From an uncultured virus (IMG/VR IMGVR_UViG_3300008259_004339) (lineage: Duplodnaviria; Heunggongvirae; Uroviricota; Caudoviricetes), in the IMG/VR virus record IMGVR_UViG_3300008259_004339, positions 1 through 64,000 of that record: a stretch of 64,000 nucleotides of DNA. One strand, 5' to 3'. This document shows positions 54,507 to 64,000 of this stretch, piece after piece (position 1 is the stretch's first letter; every line of letters begins with the position of its first letter). Below the pieces are notes generated by a model that was given only the letters and a program-made list of their open reading frames with translations, was not told where the DNA came from and did no database searches. Made by a program: the position numbers and the translations under genes.

Positions 54507-55450
54507 ATATTTGTTTTATCAGTCAAAACGGACACATCGGTAAAATACCACGAAACTTTTCAAACTGCCGTACAGAATTTGCTTGGCAAATTGCGTTAAA
54601 TGCAGATCATCTATCATTTGATTATATATGTAAAAATAAAGTACCTACGTATGATCTAGCTATTGTAATACTGCCAAAAAAACTAGAAATTATTGATACA
54701 AACTTGGTACTAGATGTTTGTAAATCGATTGGTAAAAAAGTAGCAGTAATGCAAGAAGGCCCGGCTTGGTATTATCAAGATTACAAATATGTAGATCAAG
54801 TTAATTATATTAACTTTTTAAGTGAGATGGATTTCTTGTTGGTCCATAATAAAAGTGATATTTCATATTTTAAGGGTATATTTAAAAAACCTACTTTTAA
54901 TCTTCAATCGTTAATGATAGAAGATATTGTTAAAAATATACCCCGTGAAAATAATGGTATGCCTATTATAGGCGGTAACTTTTGTAGTTGGTATGGAGGC
55001 GTAGATAGTTATTTTGTAGCACAAAACTTTAATAAACCTATCTTTATTCCAAGTATGGGTCGTAAGATAGAAAATGAAGATCAGTTTCCAAGTTTACATC
55101 ATCTACCATATTTGATGTGGAATGAGTGGATTAAAACACTTGCCAATTTTAATGTGGGCATACACTTAATGCGTACACACGCCGCCGGTACATTCGCTCT
55201 CAACTGTGCTTATCTGGGTATACCTTGCATTGGATATAAAGGATTAGATACACAGGAAACCTTACATCCTGAATTAAGCGTTAATATAGGTGATGTTCAA
55301 AAAGCAAACGAATTAGCAATTAAATTACGAGACGATAAATCTTTTTATAATCACTGTGCAACATCATCTAGAGATTTATATCAAATATATTATACAGAAG
55401 AAAAATGGTTGAGTAATTGGAATACAATTTATGAGCAAATTAAAAACTAA
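54503..55450 (+). CDS. GT-B-like glycosyltransferase
   Basis: HLMRTHAAGTFALNCAYLGIPCIG. Confidence 0.7.
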   Translation: MNICFISQNGHIGKIPRNFSNCRTEFAWQIALNADHLSFDYICKNKVPTYDLAIVILPKKLEIIDTNLVLDVCKSIGKKVAVMQEGPAWYYQDYKYVDQVNYINFLSEMDFLLVHNKSDISYFKGIFKKPTFNLQSLMIEDIVKNIPRENNGMPIIGGNFCSWYGGVDSYFVAQNFNKPIFIPSMGRKIENEDQFPSLHHLPYLMWNEWIKTLANFNVGIHLMRTHAAGTFALNCAYLGIPCIGYKGLDTQETLHPELSVNIGDVQKANELAIKLRDDKSFYNHCATSSRDLYQIYYTEEKWLSNWNTIYEQIKN

Positions 55451-56234
55451 GATTGGAATTGTTGGTAATGGATATGTAGGTAAAGCATTCTACAATTTTT
55501 TTAAGAACCACTATGATGTTTTTATATATGATCCTGCGTATGAATTATCAAATACCAAAGATGACATTAATAAGTGCGATTTAGCAGTAGTTTGCGTTCC
55601 TACCCCAGAAAATGAGGATGGTAGTTGCAATACCACTATCGTTGAAGAAAGTATAAGTTGGATTCAAACTCCTCTAATTCTTTTAAAATCAACAGTTGAA
55701 GTTGGTACCACTGATAGATTAATTGAGAAATTTAAAAAGAATATTGTATTTAGTCCTGAATTTGCAGGTGAATCCAAACACTGGACTCCTGAATCTTTCA
55801 CAAACGATGTTAAACAAACTCCTTTCTTTATTTTCGGTGGTAAAAAAGAACTTTGTTATAAAATCATTGAAATTTATACGCCAATTACGGGTCCAAGCAA
55901 AACCTATAGAGTCACCGATCCAATAAACGCAGAATTGGCAAAGTATATGGTCAATACTCATTTAGCATTGAAAGTTGCTTTTTGTAATGAGATATATGAT
56001 CTATGTCAAAAACTCGGTACAAATTACTACGAAGTTAGAGACTTGTGGTTATTGGATCCTCGTACAACAAAATCGCACACAGCTGTATTCACAGGTGAAC
56101 GAGGATTTGGTGGCAAATGTTTTCCAAAAGATACTAAGGCTCTGGTTAAACTAGGGGACAAAGTTAATATGGATCTGTCTATACTAAAGTCCGCTATTGA
56201 AAGCAATGAAAAAATGTTGAAATTGAATGAATAA
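55431..56234 (+). CDS. UDP-glucose/GDP-mannose dehydrogenase family protein (short form)
   Basis: GIVGNGYVG, VCVPTP, KSTV..GTT, FSPEF, AELAKY..N, GFGGKCFPKD. Confidence 0.9.
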   Translation: MSKLKTKIGIVGNGYVGKAFYNFFKNHYDVFIYDPAYELSNTKDDINKCDLAVVCVPTPENEDGSCNTTIVEESISWIQTPLILLKSTVEVGTTDRLIEKFKKNIVFSPEFAGESKHWTPESFTNDVKQTPFFIFGGKKELCYKIIEIYTPITGPSKTYRVTDPINAELAKYMVNTHLALKVAFCNEIYDLCQKLGTNYYEVRDLWLLDPRTTKSHTAVFTGERGFGGKCFPKDTKALVKLGDKVNMDLSILKSAIESNEKMLKLNE

Positions 56235-56991
56235 AAATTGTATAGTAATGGTAGCAATTCAGGACGAAGGTTCTAAGTTTGATCATCAGAAATATTTCAA
56301 TGTATCAAAACAATGTTGGCAAGCTTATTGCAAAAAAAACAATATCGATTTTATCGTAATAGATAAAAAATTACCAGATGTAAAATTCTGTGTCTGGCAT
56401 AAAGAATTTGTGTTTGACTTTATAGGCGACAAATATGACAAAATAGCATTGGTTGATTTTGATACATTAGTACATTGGAATGCGCCAAATTTCTTTGACT
56501 TGTACGAAAATGAATTCGGTGGAGTACTAGAAAATGAAAATCTATTCTGGATAGATAATAGCCTAAGAGCATTCAAGTCGAGTTTTTCAGAATTAAAAGA
56601 TGTAGATATTAAATTATCAGAATATATCAATGGGGGAGTTTTATTCTTCAACAAATCACACAAAGGATTTTTTGATAAGCTCAAAGACTTTTATTTGAGA
56701 AATAAATCTACATTCGATAATTGGAATGTTCCGCACACAGGAAAAGAACAAACGATATTGAATTTATATCTTAAAAAAGAAAACATTAATAAAAAATACT
56801 TTGATTTTAGATTCAACACAATGAGGTTAATTAAAAATGACTGGTTACAATATAACTGGCAATTAAAAGAAGACCAAACACCTTTTTTCATAAAGTACTC
56901 TTATATCTGGCATTTTACAGGCTGTTCTATAGAAGAAAGAAGTTCATTGATGTTAAGCATTTGGGAACAAACAAAGCATCTTTACGTATGA
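56227..56991 (+). CDS. GT8/GT34-like glycosyltransferase
   Basis: WHK, LVDFDT, YINGGV, EQTILN, IWHF. Confidence 0.8.
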   Translation: MNKNCIVMVAIQDEGSKFDHQKYFNVSKQCWQAYCKKNNIDFIVIDKKLPDVKFCVWHKEFVFDFIGDKYDKIALVDFDTLVHWNAPNFFDLYENEFGGVLENENLFWIDNSLRAFKSSFSELKDVDIKLSEYINGGVLFFNKSHKGFFDKLKDFYLRNKSTFDNWNVPHTGKEQTILNLYLKKENINKKYFDFRFNTMRLIKNDWLQYNWQLKEDQTPFFIKYSYIWHFTGCSIEERSSLMLSIWEQTKHLYV

Positions 56992-57743
56992 ATGTAGTTT
57001 ATATAATCAACATTGCTACCGATAAAAAACCCGGTAGAACAGTTCCATATAAATTTGGAATTGAATCTTGGAAACGATATTGCAATAAACACAATGCTAA
57101 ATTAGTTGTTTTGGATGAGCCAATTCTTCCGTATGACGATCTACGTCCTAACTGGCACAAAGTCTTTATCTTTGATTTGTTAGAACAATCAAATATTGAT
57201 GTAGATAAAATTTTAATCGTGGATGCTGATACTATTGTTCATCCAGATGCTCCCAATTTCTTTGATATTGCGGAAGATAAATTTTGCGTAGTAAATAATA
57301 TAGGATCGTATGATTGGTTATTTAGAAGTGTTGAAAATTACAAAAAATACATATTTGGCAATTACGAATTCGATATAACCAAGTACTTTAACTCTGGGGT
57401 ATTAATTTTAAATAAAAACCACAAAGACTTTTTCAACAAAGTTAAAGACTTCTATTTCGCAAATAAAGACAATTTGGTAAAAATGCAAGAAACATTTTTC
57501 ACAGGTACCGATCAACCAGTGTTGAACTTTATGTGTCAAATTGAAAATATCAATATGAAATTTTTACCATATGAATATAATATGCAAGATTTATATCGTA
57601 GAGAAGCACTAAATGAAAATATGCCCTATTTGGATATGGGTTATATATTCCATTTTAATGCTATACCAAATAATGGCGATAACTCCAAAACTATGTATTG
57701 GATGGAAACCACATTTAATAAATTATATGCAACAAATAAGTAA
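56988..57743 (+). CDS. GT8/GT34-like glycosyltransferase (paralog of previous gene)
   Basis: WHK, IVDADT, YFNSGV, DQPVLN, IFHF. Confidence 0.82.
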   Translation: MNVVYIINIATDKKPGRTVPYKFGIESWKRYCNKHNAKLVVLDEPILPYDDLRPNWHKVFIFDLLEQSNIDVDKILIVDADTIVHPDAPNFFDIAEDKFCVVNNIGSYDWLFRSVENYKKYIFGNYEFDITKYFNSGVLILNKNHKDFFNKVKDFYFANKDNLVKMQETFFTGTDQPVLNFMCQIENINMKFLPYEYNMQDLYRREALNENMPYLDMGYIFHFNAIPNNGDNSKTMYWMETTFNKLYATNK

Positions 57744-58284
57744 TAAATATCCAACTCTGATTAAAGGTTCAATTGGAGAAAAAGCTGTTGATCTTATAAG
57801 ATCATTATTGCCTATAAACTCGTCTATTTTAGAATTTGGATGTGGAGTTACTTCGAAATTATTATTAAACTGGTATGATGTATATTCAATAGAACATAAT
57901 ATGAATTGGTTAAATCATCCCAATGCATACCACGTGCCATTGAAACAATATAATGATACCGATTTTAAAACGCCACAAGATATATCGTGTCTTCCATTTT
58001 ATGAAAAACAAGTTGCTTGGTATGATCCAGATAAACTATCTAGTGTATTAAAATTGATACCCAAATATGATTTAATTATTATTGACGGACCAAATGGAAA
58101 CTATGGCAGAGGTGGATTTTATACACACCTAAATTTATTTAATACCGAAGCTCATATGGTCTTTCACGATTTAAACAGACAAGCGGAAATGGAATTGATC
58201 AAAAAGGTATCTGAAAAAGTTGGAAGACCAGCATTTGTTTTGGAAGATGATGAAAAAACAGGAGTTATAAAATCTAACAATTAA
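57727..58284 (+). CDS. Class I SAM methyltransferase-like protein
   Basis: ILEFGCG, SIEHN..W, YDLIIIDGP...GR, VFHD. Confidence 0.75.
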   Translation: MQQISNKYPTLIKGSIGEKAVDLIRSLLPINSSILEFGCGVTSKLLLNWYDVYSIEHNMNWLNHPNAYHVPLKQYNDTDFKTPQDISCLPFYEKQVAWYDPDKLSSVLKLIPKYDLIIIDGPNGNYGRGGFYTHLNLFNTEAHMVFHDLNRQAEMELIKKVSEKVGRPAFVLEDDEKTGVIKSNN

Positions 58285-58325
58285 AAAAAATTTAAAACTT
58301 GGTTTGATAGTATCTATAATAGAGT

Positions 58326-59189
58326 ATGAGAAAATATAACTTCACAAACAAAACATTTTTAGTCACAGGTGGCAGTGGATTTTTAGGTAAACCACTTGTT
58401 AAACGTCTTTTAAACGATGGAGCAAAAGTCCGTGTTTTATCTAGAGACGAGGGCAAATTGATTGATCTAAAACAATCTTTTCCTTCGATTGAGATCTTAA
58501 CAGGTGACGTTTCAGATCCATTTGAAGTTCGTCAAGCTATGCAAAATGTTAATGGTGTATTTCATTTGGCCGCATCCAAACACATTGGCATTGCGGAAAA
58601 ACAAGTACGTGAATGTATCAAATCAAATACACTAGGATCGTTGTACATTTTGGAAGAGTCTCTTAACCATAAATTAGAATTCGTAATTGGTATTAGCACT
58701 GACAAAGCAGCTCAAGTAGCTGGTGTATATGGGGCTTCTAAACTATTGATGGAAAGATTGTTTAAACAATTTGAACAACTCAATCCAAATACAGATTATC
58801 GTATAGTTCGTTATGGTAACGTGTTATACTCAACAGGATCCGTTTTATGCAAATGGAGAGATTTAATCAGTGAGGGCAAAGACTTGATTGTTACCGAGCC
58901 AGATGCTACTAGATTCTTTTGGACAGTTGATCAAGCGATTGATTTAATTTATAACTGTTTGGAAAATTGTACAGATTCCACTCCTTATGTTCCATCTATG
59001 AAAGGAATGAGCATAGGAAATCTACTAGAAGCACTCATTCAAAAGTATGCTCCATCTAATACCAGACCAAATGTAAAAGTTATTGGACTACAACCTGGCG
59101 AAAATAAACACGAAAAAATTCTCGAAAACGGTCCATATAGCAATGAAGTTGATCAATATACTATTGAAGAAATTAAACAACTTATCTAA
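58326..59189 (+). CDS. Nucleotide-sugar 4,6-dehydratase (PseB/CapD-like)
   Basis: TGGSGFLG, SRDEGK, HLAASKH, ISTDKA, YGASK, RYGNV, TRFF, GLQPGENKHE. Confidence 0.88.
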   Translation: MRKYNFTNKTFLVTGGSGFLGKPLVKRLLNDGAKVRVLSRDEGKLIDLKQSFPSIEILTGDVSDPFEVRQAMQNVNGVFHLAASKHIGIAEKQVRECIKSNTLGSLYILEESLNHKLEFVIGISTDKAAQVAGVYGASKLLMERLFKQFEQLNPNTDYRIVRYGNVLYSTGSVLCKWRDLISEGKDLIVTEPDATRFFWTVDQAIDLIYNCLENCTDSTPYVPSMKGMSIGNLLEALIQKYAPSNTRPNVKVIGLQPGENKHEKILENGPYSNEVDQYTIEEIKQLI

Positions 59190-60004
59190 TGAAAATATTA
59201 GTTATAGGCGGTAACCGATTTGTTGGCAAAAAAGTCGCATATGAACTAAGTAAATTAGCCAGTGTAAGTGTACTCAACAGATCTGGAACTGGTCCCGATA
59301 AAGTTAAAGTAATTAAATGGGATCGCAATGAACCATTGACAATTGAAAATGATTATAACGTCATTTTAGACTTTTGTCTTTTTAAACCATCTCAAGCACA
59401 ACATCTTAAAAATTGGTTAAAACCCAACCAAAAATATATCTTTATCAGTAGCGCAGCTGCGTATAAAGATGCAAATTGTTTGTCGTATAACGAAGATATG
59501 CCTATTGGTGGTTTGTCTGGCTTTGGCGATTATGGCGTGGAAAAGGCAGATTGTGAAAATATAGTTAAACAAATAGATACTAACTATATGATTATTAGAC
59601 CGCCATATATTGTTGGTCACGATTGTCCAAGACCCAGAATAAGTTACTATATCAGAAACATAATCAATAATAGACCAGTAGACGTTGCTGGATCTGGAAA
59701 TAAATTATTGAGTTTTATATGGGTCAATGATATTGTTAATACATTGGTGGATATGTCTACTACTAACAAATATAATACTAAAGACAGTTATAATATTGTA
59801 AACGAAGATGTTTATAGTGCCAAAACTCTTATTGAAGAAATAAGTATGTTTTTAAATAAAAAAGCAAATGTTATTGAAAATGGTACCAGTTCTCCGTTTA
59901 TCGATGAACATCTATTGTTATCTCCTTTAAAATTAGGAAGAAAGTTTAGTAGTACCAAACAGAATCTACCTGAATTTCTCGATTATATTAAAAATACGTT
60001 ATGA
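59189..60004 (+). CDS. NAD-dependent epimerase/dehydratase
   Basis: IGGNRFVG, FISSAAAY, YGVEK, IRPPYIVG. Confidence 0.85.
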   Translation: MKILVIGGNRFVGKKVAYELSKLASVSVLNRSGTGPDKVKVIKWDRNEPLTIENDYNVILDFCLFKPSQAQHLKNWLKPNQKYIFISSAAAYKDANCLSYNEDMPIGGLSGFGDYGVEKADCENIVKQIDTNYMIIRPPYIVGHDCPRPRISYYIRNIINNRPVDVAGSGNKLLSFIWVNDIVNTLVDMSTTNKYNTKDSYNIVNEDVYSAKTLIEEISMFLNKKANVIENGTSSPFIDEHLLLSPLKLGRKFSSTKQNLPEFLDYIKNTL

Positions 60005-61143
60005 ATAAATTATCAAGAACAAAGCCTTATATTCCCAAAGAAGACCACAAAGAAATCTTGGATAGAGTTGCTGATATTCTAAATACAGAGTCCCTAGTTC
60101 AGTCAAAGTATGTGTCCGAATTTGAAAACTTGTTCGCAAAGTATTGTGGAACAAAATATGCAGTTGCAACTTGTTCCGGCGGAACTTGTTTGGAAGTAGC
60201 ACTTAGAGCATCTGGTTTGGTTGGCAAAAAGATTATTGTTCCAACTCAAACATTTATAGCAAGTGTAAGTGCAATTGTTCGTTCCAACAATATTCCAGTA
60301 ATCGTAGATATTGATGAAAATACTCATTGTTTAAGTGCAGATGTAATCGAAAGAAGTTTGGACAAAGATGTAGCCGGTGTAATGTTGGTTCATATGGCGG
60401 GATATATTACTCCTGACTATTATAACATTAAAAAACTATGTGACAAACACGGTCTACTATTGTTTGAAGATGCTTCTCACGCAGTAGGAGCTACTATTGA
60501 TAACCTTCACACTGGAAACTTAGGATACGCAGGGTGTTTTTCATTATTTGCTACTAAGATCATAACTACAGGTGAAGGTGGAATAATTACTACCAATGAT
60601 GAAAAATTTGCAGAAACTTGCAAGACATTGAGAAATCACGGAGCTGTTAGAAATCCAACCCCAGTAAACGGTGTAGATTTTGGTGTAAGTTGTGAATTTA
60701 TATCATCCAACTATAAAATGACAGAAATGGTTGCGGCTCTTGGTATCAGTCAGTTGAAACGAGTTAACGAATTTGTTGAGAAAAGAAATATTATAGCAAA
60801 AAGATACAGAGAAAAAATTACAAATCCCAAGATTAAATTTATTGATGTTCCAGATAATATAACCAATACTTGGTGGCACTATATTATAGAATTGCCAAGA
60901 TCTACAACTTTGAATGAAAGATCTGAAATTTGTAAAAAACTATTCTTGGAATATAACATACCCACAGCAAATGCTTATTGGCCAGCTTGTCACCAACAAA
61001 AAGTATTTGAACCATACACTGTAAATCAGTCTTATCAATCAGCAGATGGATTGTTATCTCGACATTTGTCCATCCCTATGTACGTAGAAATGACTATGGA
61101 TCAAGCTGACTATGTTGCGGATGTAATCAATAAAATTGTATGA
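60001..61143 (+). CDS. DegT/DnrJ/EryC1/StrS sugar aminotransferase
   Basis: FE..FA, SGG, VHMAG, EDASHA, FSLFATKIITTGEGG, NYKM. Confidence 0.93.
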   Translation: MNKLSRTKPYIPKEDHKEILDRVADILNTESLVQSKYVSEFENLFAKYCGTKYAVATCSGGTCLEVALRASGLVGKKIIVPTQTFIASVSAIVRSNNIPVIVDIDENTHCLSADVIERSLDKDVAGVMLVHMAGYITPDYYNIKKLCDKHGLLLFEDASHAVGATIDNLHTGNLGYAGCFSLFATKIITTGEGGIITTNDEKFAETCKTLRNHGAVRNPTPVNGVDFGVSCEFISSNYKMTEMVAALGISQLKRVNEFVEKRNIIAKRYREKITNPKIKFIDVPDNITNTWWHYIIELPRSTTLNERSEICKKLFLEYNIPTANAYWPACHQQKVFEPYTVNQSYQSADGLLSRHLSIPMYVEMTMDQADYVADVINKIV

Positions 61144-61829
61144 TCATAAGCATTCATCAGCCAAATTACTTACCTTGGATGGGGTTTTTTGATAAAATAG
61201 CTAGAAGCGATATCTTTGTTATTTTTGATAATGTACAATTTCCCCGAGGTAAACAGCACTTTGGTCATAGAAATTTAATTAAGACAGACGGCGAACCCAA
61301 ATGGTTAACCGTTCCATTAAATGGAAAAAGTGAATTGAAGAACTTTAATGAAATTGAAATCAACCACAACGGATGGAATGATAACCATTTAAATTTGATT
61401 AAAAACTTCTATAAAAAGTCAAAATACTTTAATGTTTATTATGGCGATCTAGAATCAATTCTTAAAGTCAATCATAAAACATTGTCAGATTTAAACAGTG
61501 CTTTAATTAAATATTTCTTAAATGTAATGGATATTAAAACGCAAGTTGTATTTTGCTCGGAAATATGTCCCAATGAGGTTTCTGGCGGAGATCGTATAAT
61601 GTATCTATTAAAAAAATTAAATGCTACAAAATACATTTCTGGTACCGGACCCGGTTCTATGAGATACATTAATGAACAAGAATTTAAGGATAATAACATA
61701 GAATTGATATGGCAACATTATAATCACCCTAAATACACACAGTTATATGGTGACTTCAAACCATATATGTGTATAATAGATTTATTGTTCAATGAAGGTA
61801 CAAATAGCAAAAATATAATTTTAAGTTGA
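61140..61829 (+). CDS. wbqC: WbqC-family protein
   Basis: IHQPNYLPWMGFFDKI, DNVQF...RN.I, WLTVP, YISG, IIDLLFNEG. Confidence 0.9.
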   Translation: MIISIHQPNYLPWMGFFDKIARSDIFVIFDNVQFPRGKQHFGHRNLIKTDGEPKWLTVPLNGKSELKNFNEIEINHNGWNDNHLNLIKNFYKKSKYFNVYYGDLESILKVNHKTLSDLNSALIKYFLNVMDIKTQVVFCSEICPNEVSGGDRIMYLLKKLNATKYISGTGPGSMRYINEQEFKDNNIELIWQHYNHPKYTQLYGDFKPYMCIIDLLFNEGTNSKNIILS

Positions 61830-61830
61830 T

Positions 61831-62481
61831 ATGAAACGTGTAATGGCAATAGGAGCTCATCCTGATGATATTGAATTTGGCTGTGGTGGTACACTATATA
61901 ACCACAAATTAAAAGGCGATTATGTAGTATACGTGTGTATGACCAATACAGAATCTGTAGACGGTACCAATGGAATATTATTGAGAACAGCTGAAGAAAA
62001 TAGATTGGAAACTATTAATGCGGCTAAAGTATTACAATGTGACGATGTAGAGTTTTTACCTTTCAAAGATTTACACGTACCATTTAGTTTTGAGTCAGTA
62101 AGTAAACTTGAGAGTTTAATCAAAAAACATAAAGTAGATACAATCTACACACATTGGGCTGGTGATGCAAATCAAGATCATATTTCAACATTCAAGACCA
62201 CAATGGCAGCTGCTCGATATGTTCCGAATGTATTTTGTTATGAACAAATACCAATTTCAAGAATGACAGAAAATCAAATGGATATTAATTATTACGAAAA
62301 AATAGATAATTCATTTGATAAAAAAATTGAAGCGTCAATGTGTCATAAAAGCCAAATATTAAAGTATGAAAAAGTTGGGTTAAATGTAAAATCTAATTTA
62401 GAGATATTAGCAAGATTTAGAGGTATACAAGGTCAATCTAAGTATGCAGAAGCTTTCAAAATACTCAAAATGGTAAATTAA
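61831..62481 (+). CDS. PIG-L/LmbE-family deacetylase
   Basis: AHPDDIEFGCGG, THW..D..QDH, HKSQ, RG......YAEAF. Confidence 0.9.
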   Translation: MKRVMAIGAHPDDIEFGCGGTLYNHKLKGDYVVYVCMTNTESVDGTNGILLRTAEENRLETINAAKVLQCDDVEFLPFKDLHVPFSFESVSKLESLIKKHKVDTIYTHWAGDANQDHISTFKTTMAAARYVPNVFCYEQIPISRMTENQMDINYYEKIDNSFDKKIEASMCHKSQILKYEKVGLNVKSNLEILARFRGIQGQSKYAEAFKILKMVN

Positions 62482-62483
62482 TT

Positions 62484-63428
62484 ATGATACTCAAAGTAAA
62501 TCCTGAATTTGGTATCGAGCTTGCTCTAGCAATACCATTTGCATACTGGTTACATCAAAATAATCAATTAGACGGTGTAGTTACCAGTAAAGGAATGAAA
62601 CCTTACTATTTCTTCTGCGATAACGTTAAAGAAGAATTTAAAAGCAGAACAATTGATAATGACGCTGCAATGGTTGATGTACCAAATAAATGGATACATC
62701 ACAATGCATTGGCGGTGACAGGCAAAGAATATCAATATCTAACAACCGAAGAACAAGAACAGGTCAATGGTGTATTGGATTATAGTAAGTGGGTGTGTCC
62801 GCCATTCAAAGAATATTATAAAAATGACGAATATAAATTTGATAAACCCGTAGTATTTATCACCAATAAGTATAATATGGAACACGGTGAAATTCCATTG
62901 GGTTATTTTAACATTCCTTGTTTGTATGAGCTATTTGATTATTTTAGAGAAAAGGGATATACTGTAATATACAAGAGAGCTACTAATAAAGAAAAAGAAT
63001 TTACTATAGATCAAAATGAGTATAATTCATTGGAACAAGGTTATCACGATATTACTGCTAATGTGGATGGAATAGGTGTTATAACAGATTTTGAACTATG
63101 TAAGTACTTTGACAATGTGATATTGATAGATGATTTGGTTAAAGAATCAAAGTATAGTTACAATGAAACACAATTAAAAATAATGGCAAATTGTAGTAGA
63201 TTTGTTACAGTTTGTGGCGGAAACTCAATATTATCATCACTTTTCGGTGGCACTGTTATTAGTTATATACACAAGGGAAAAGAATTGCGCCCTAATTACT
63301 TTGGTCCTAATAGTTATTTTCGTAAGCTATCAAATGCTAACATCATTCCTGTAATAGACAATAGTGTTGTGAAAACAGGAATTCACGATTATAGTCAATT
63401 GATGGAACAAGTAAAAATACAGTTTTAA
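62484..63428 (+). CDS. Hypothetical protein, probable glycan-modifying enzyme
   Basis: 314 aa in the glycan operon; EFGIEL, ITNKYN.E, TVCGG. Confidence 0.6.
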   Translation: MILKVNPEFGIELALAIPFAYWLHQNNQLDGVVTSKGMKPYYFFCDNVKEEFKSRTIDNDAAMVDVPNKWIHHNALAVTGKEYQYLTTEEQEQVNGVLDYSKWVCPPFKEYYKNDEYKFDKPVVFITNKYNMEHGEIPLGYFNIPCLYELFDYFREKGYTVIYKRATNKEKEFTIDQNEYNSLEQGYHDITANVDGIGVITDFELCKYFDNVILIDDLVKESKYSYNETQLKIMANCSRFVTVCGGNSILSSLFGGTVISYIHKGKELRPNYFGPNSYFRKLSNANIIPVIDNSVVKTGIHDYSQLMEQVKIQF

Positions 63429-63430
63429 AT

Positions 63431-64000
63431 ATGAAAATTAGTTTTATTCAACCAAGCAGAAACAACCTAAAATATCTTAAATGGAGTTACGAAGCTATTC
63501 GTAAAAATTTAAGTCACAAAGAACATGAAATCTGTGTTGCAGACGACTTTTGGGTCATACAATTTTATATGATCGTCTTATAAACGAAGTTGCTACCAAT
63601 GATGTGGTAATGATCTACCACGCAGATATGTATGCTTGTCCCAACTTCGACAAATATGTAGAAAAGTATATTCAACCAGGTACTATTGTTAGTCTTACCC
63701 GAATTGAACCACCTCTACATCCTCCAGGACCAGAAAAGATCGTACAAGCGTTTGGCACCGAGCCAGAAGAATTTAATGAAGCTGGTTTATTGAAATGGTT
63801 CAATGATACCCGTCTGACAAGAAAAGATAAAACCACAGAAGGAATCTTTGCGCCATGGGCCCTTTATAAGAAGGATTTCCAATCTATTGGAGGTCACGAC
63901 GATCTATACGCACCACAAAGCAAGGAAGACAGTGATATCTTCAATAGATTCTTGTCAAATGGATATAAATTTGTTCAAACGTGGGAAGGATGTGTGTATC
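63431..64000 (+). pseudogene. GT2 glycosyltransferase with frameshift/deletion near 63550, runs off window end
   Basis: MKISFIQPSRNNLKYL...VADDF, then a frame change to LGHTILYD...IYHADM...RIEPPLHP...GGHD..Y.PQSKEDSD. Confidence 0.7.

Noticed and set aside
1..64000. Stop-codon reassignment (alternative genetic code)
   Set aside because: Long conserved genes are intact under code 11, TAA/TAG/TGA all end genes at sensible positions, and no CTA/TCA/TTA suppressor anticodon was found
45544..64000. Bacterial O-antigen/capsule locus (host chromosome)
   Set aside because: No wzx/wzy/wzm/wzt; contiguous with T4-like replication genes, same composition, and phage-type dUTPase embedded

Overview
AT-rich, gene-dense segment of a large (jumbo-type, T4-like replication module) bacteriophage genome, most likely a metagenomic scaffold: it has a 33-N gap and several apparent internal deletions or gene fusions. 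Layout: (1) 1-6.9 kb has HAD-like, 2OG-Fe(II) oxygenase and virion-type genes. (2) 6.96-10.55 kb is a minus-strand array of 12 CCA-encoding tRNA or tRNA-like genes, many structurally non-canonical: two UAU tRNAs with a conserved long variable arm, a D-armless Arg(UCU), short-arm Leu tRNAs, Gly(ACC) and four CAU tRNAs. The array is interleaved with at least two large structured ncRNA candidates, rrn-type boxA motifs and homing endonucleases. (3) 10.5-29 kb has small early-type genes, an rmlA/D/B cluster, nuclease, ferritin-like, ClpP, SF2 helicase, gmd and iscU. (4) 30.5-34.4 kb has modular, probably protease-processed virion-internal proteins, one with a SleB-type hydrolase. (5) 38.8-45.5 kb has clamp loader, sliding clamp, family B DNA polymerase and a PD-(D/E)XK nuclease. 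(6) 45.5-64 kb is a very large glycosyltransferase / methyltransferase / nucleotide-sugar operon headed by a ribbon-helix-helix gene with a 4x8-bp operator-like repeat. The most novel-looking element is the non-canonical tRNA/ncRNA array. All calls come from manual reading and motif recall; no database search was run.
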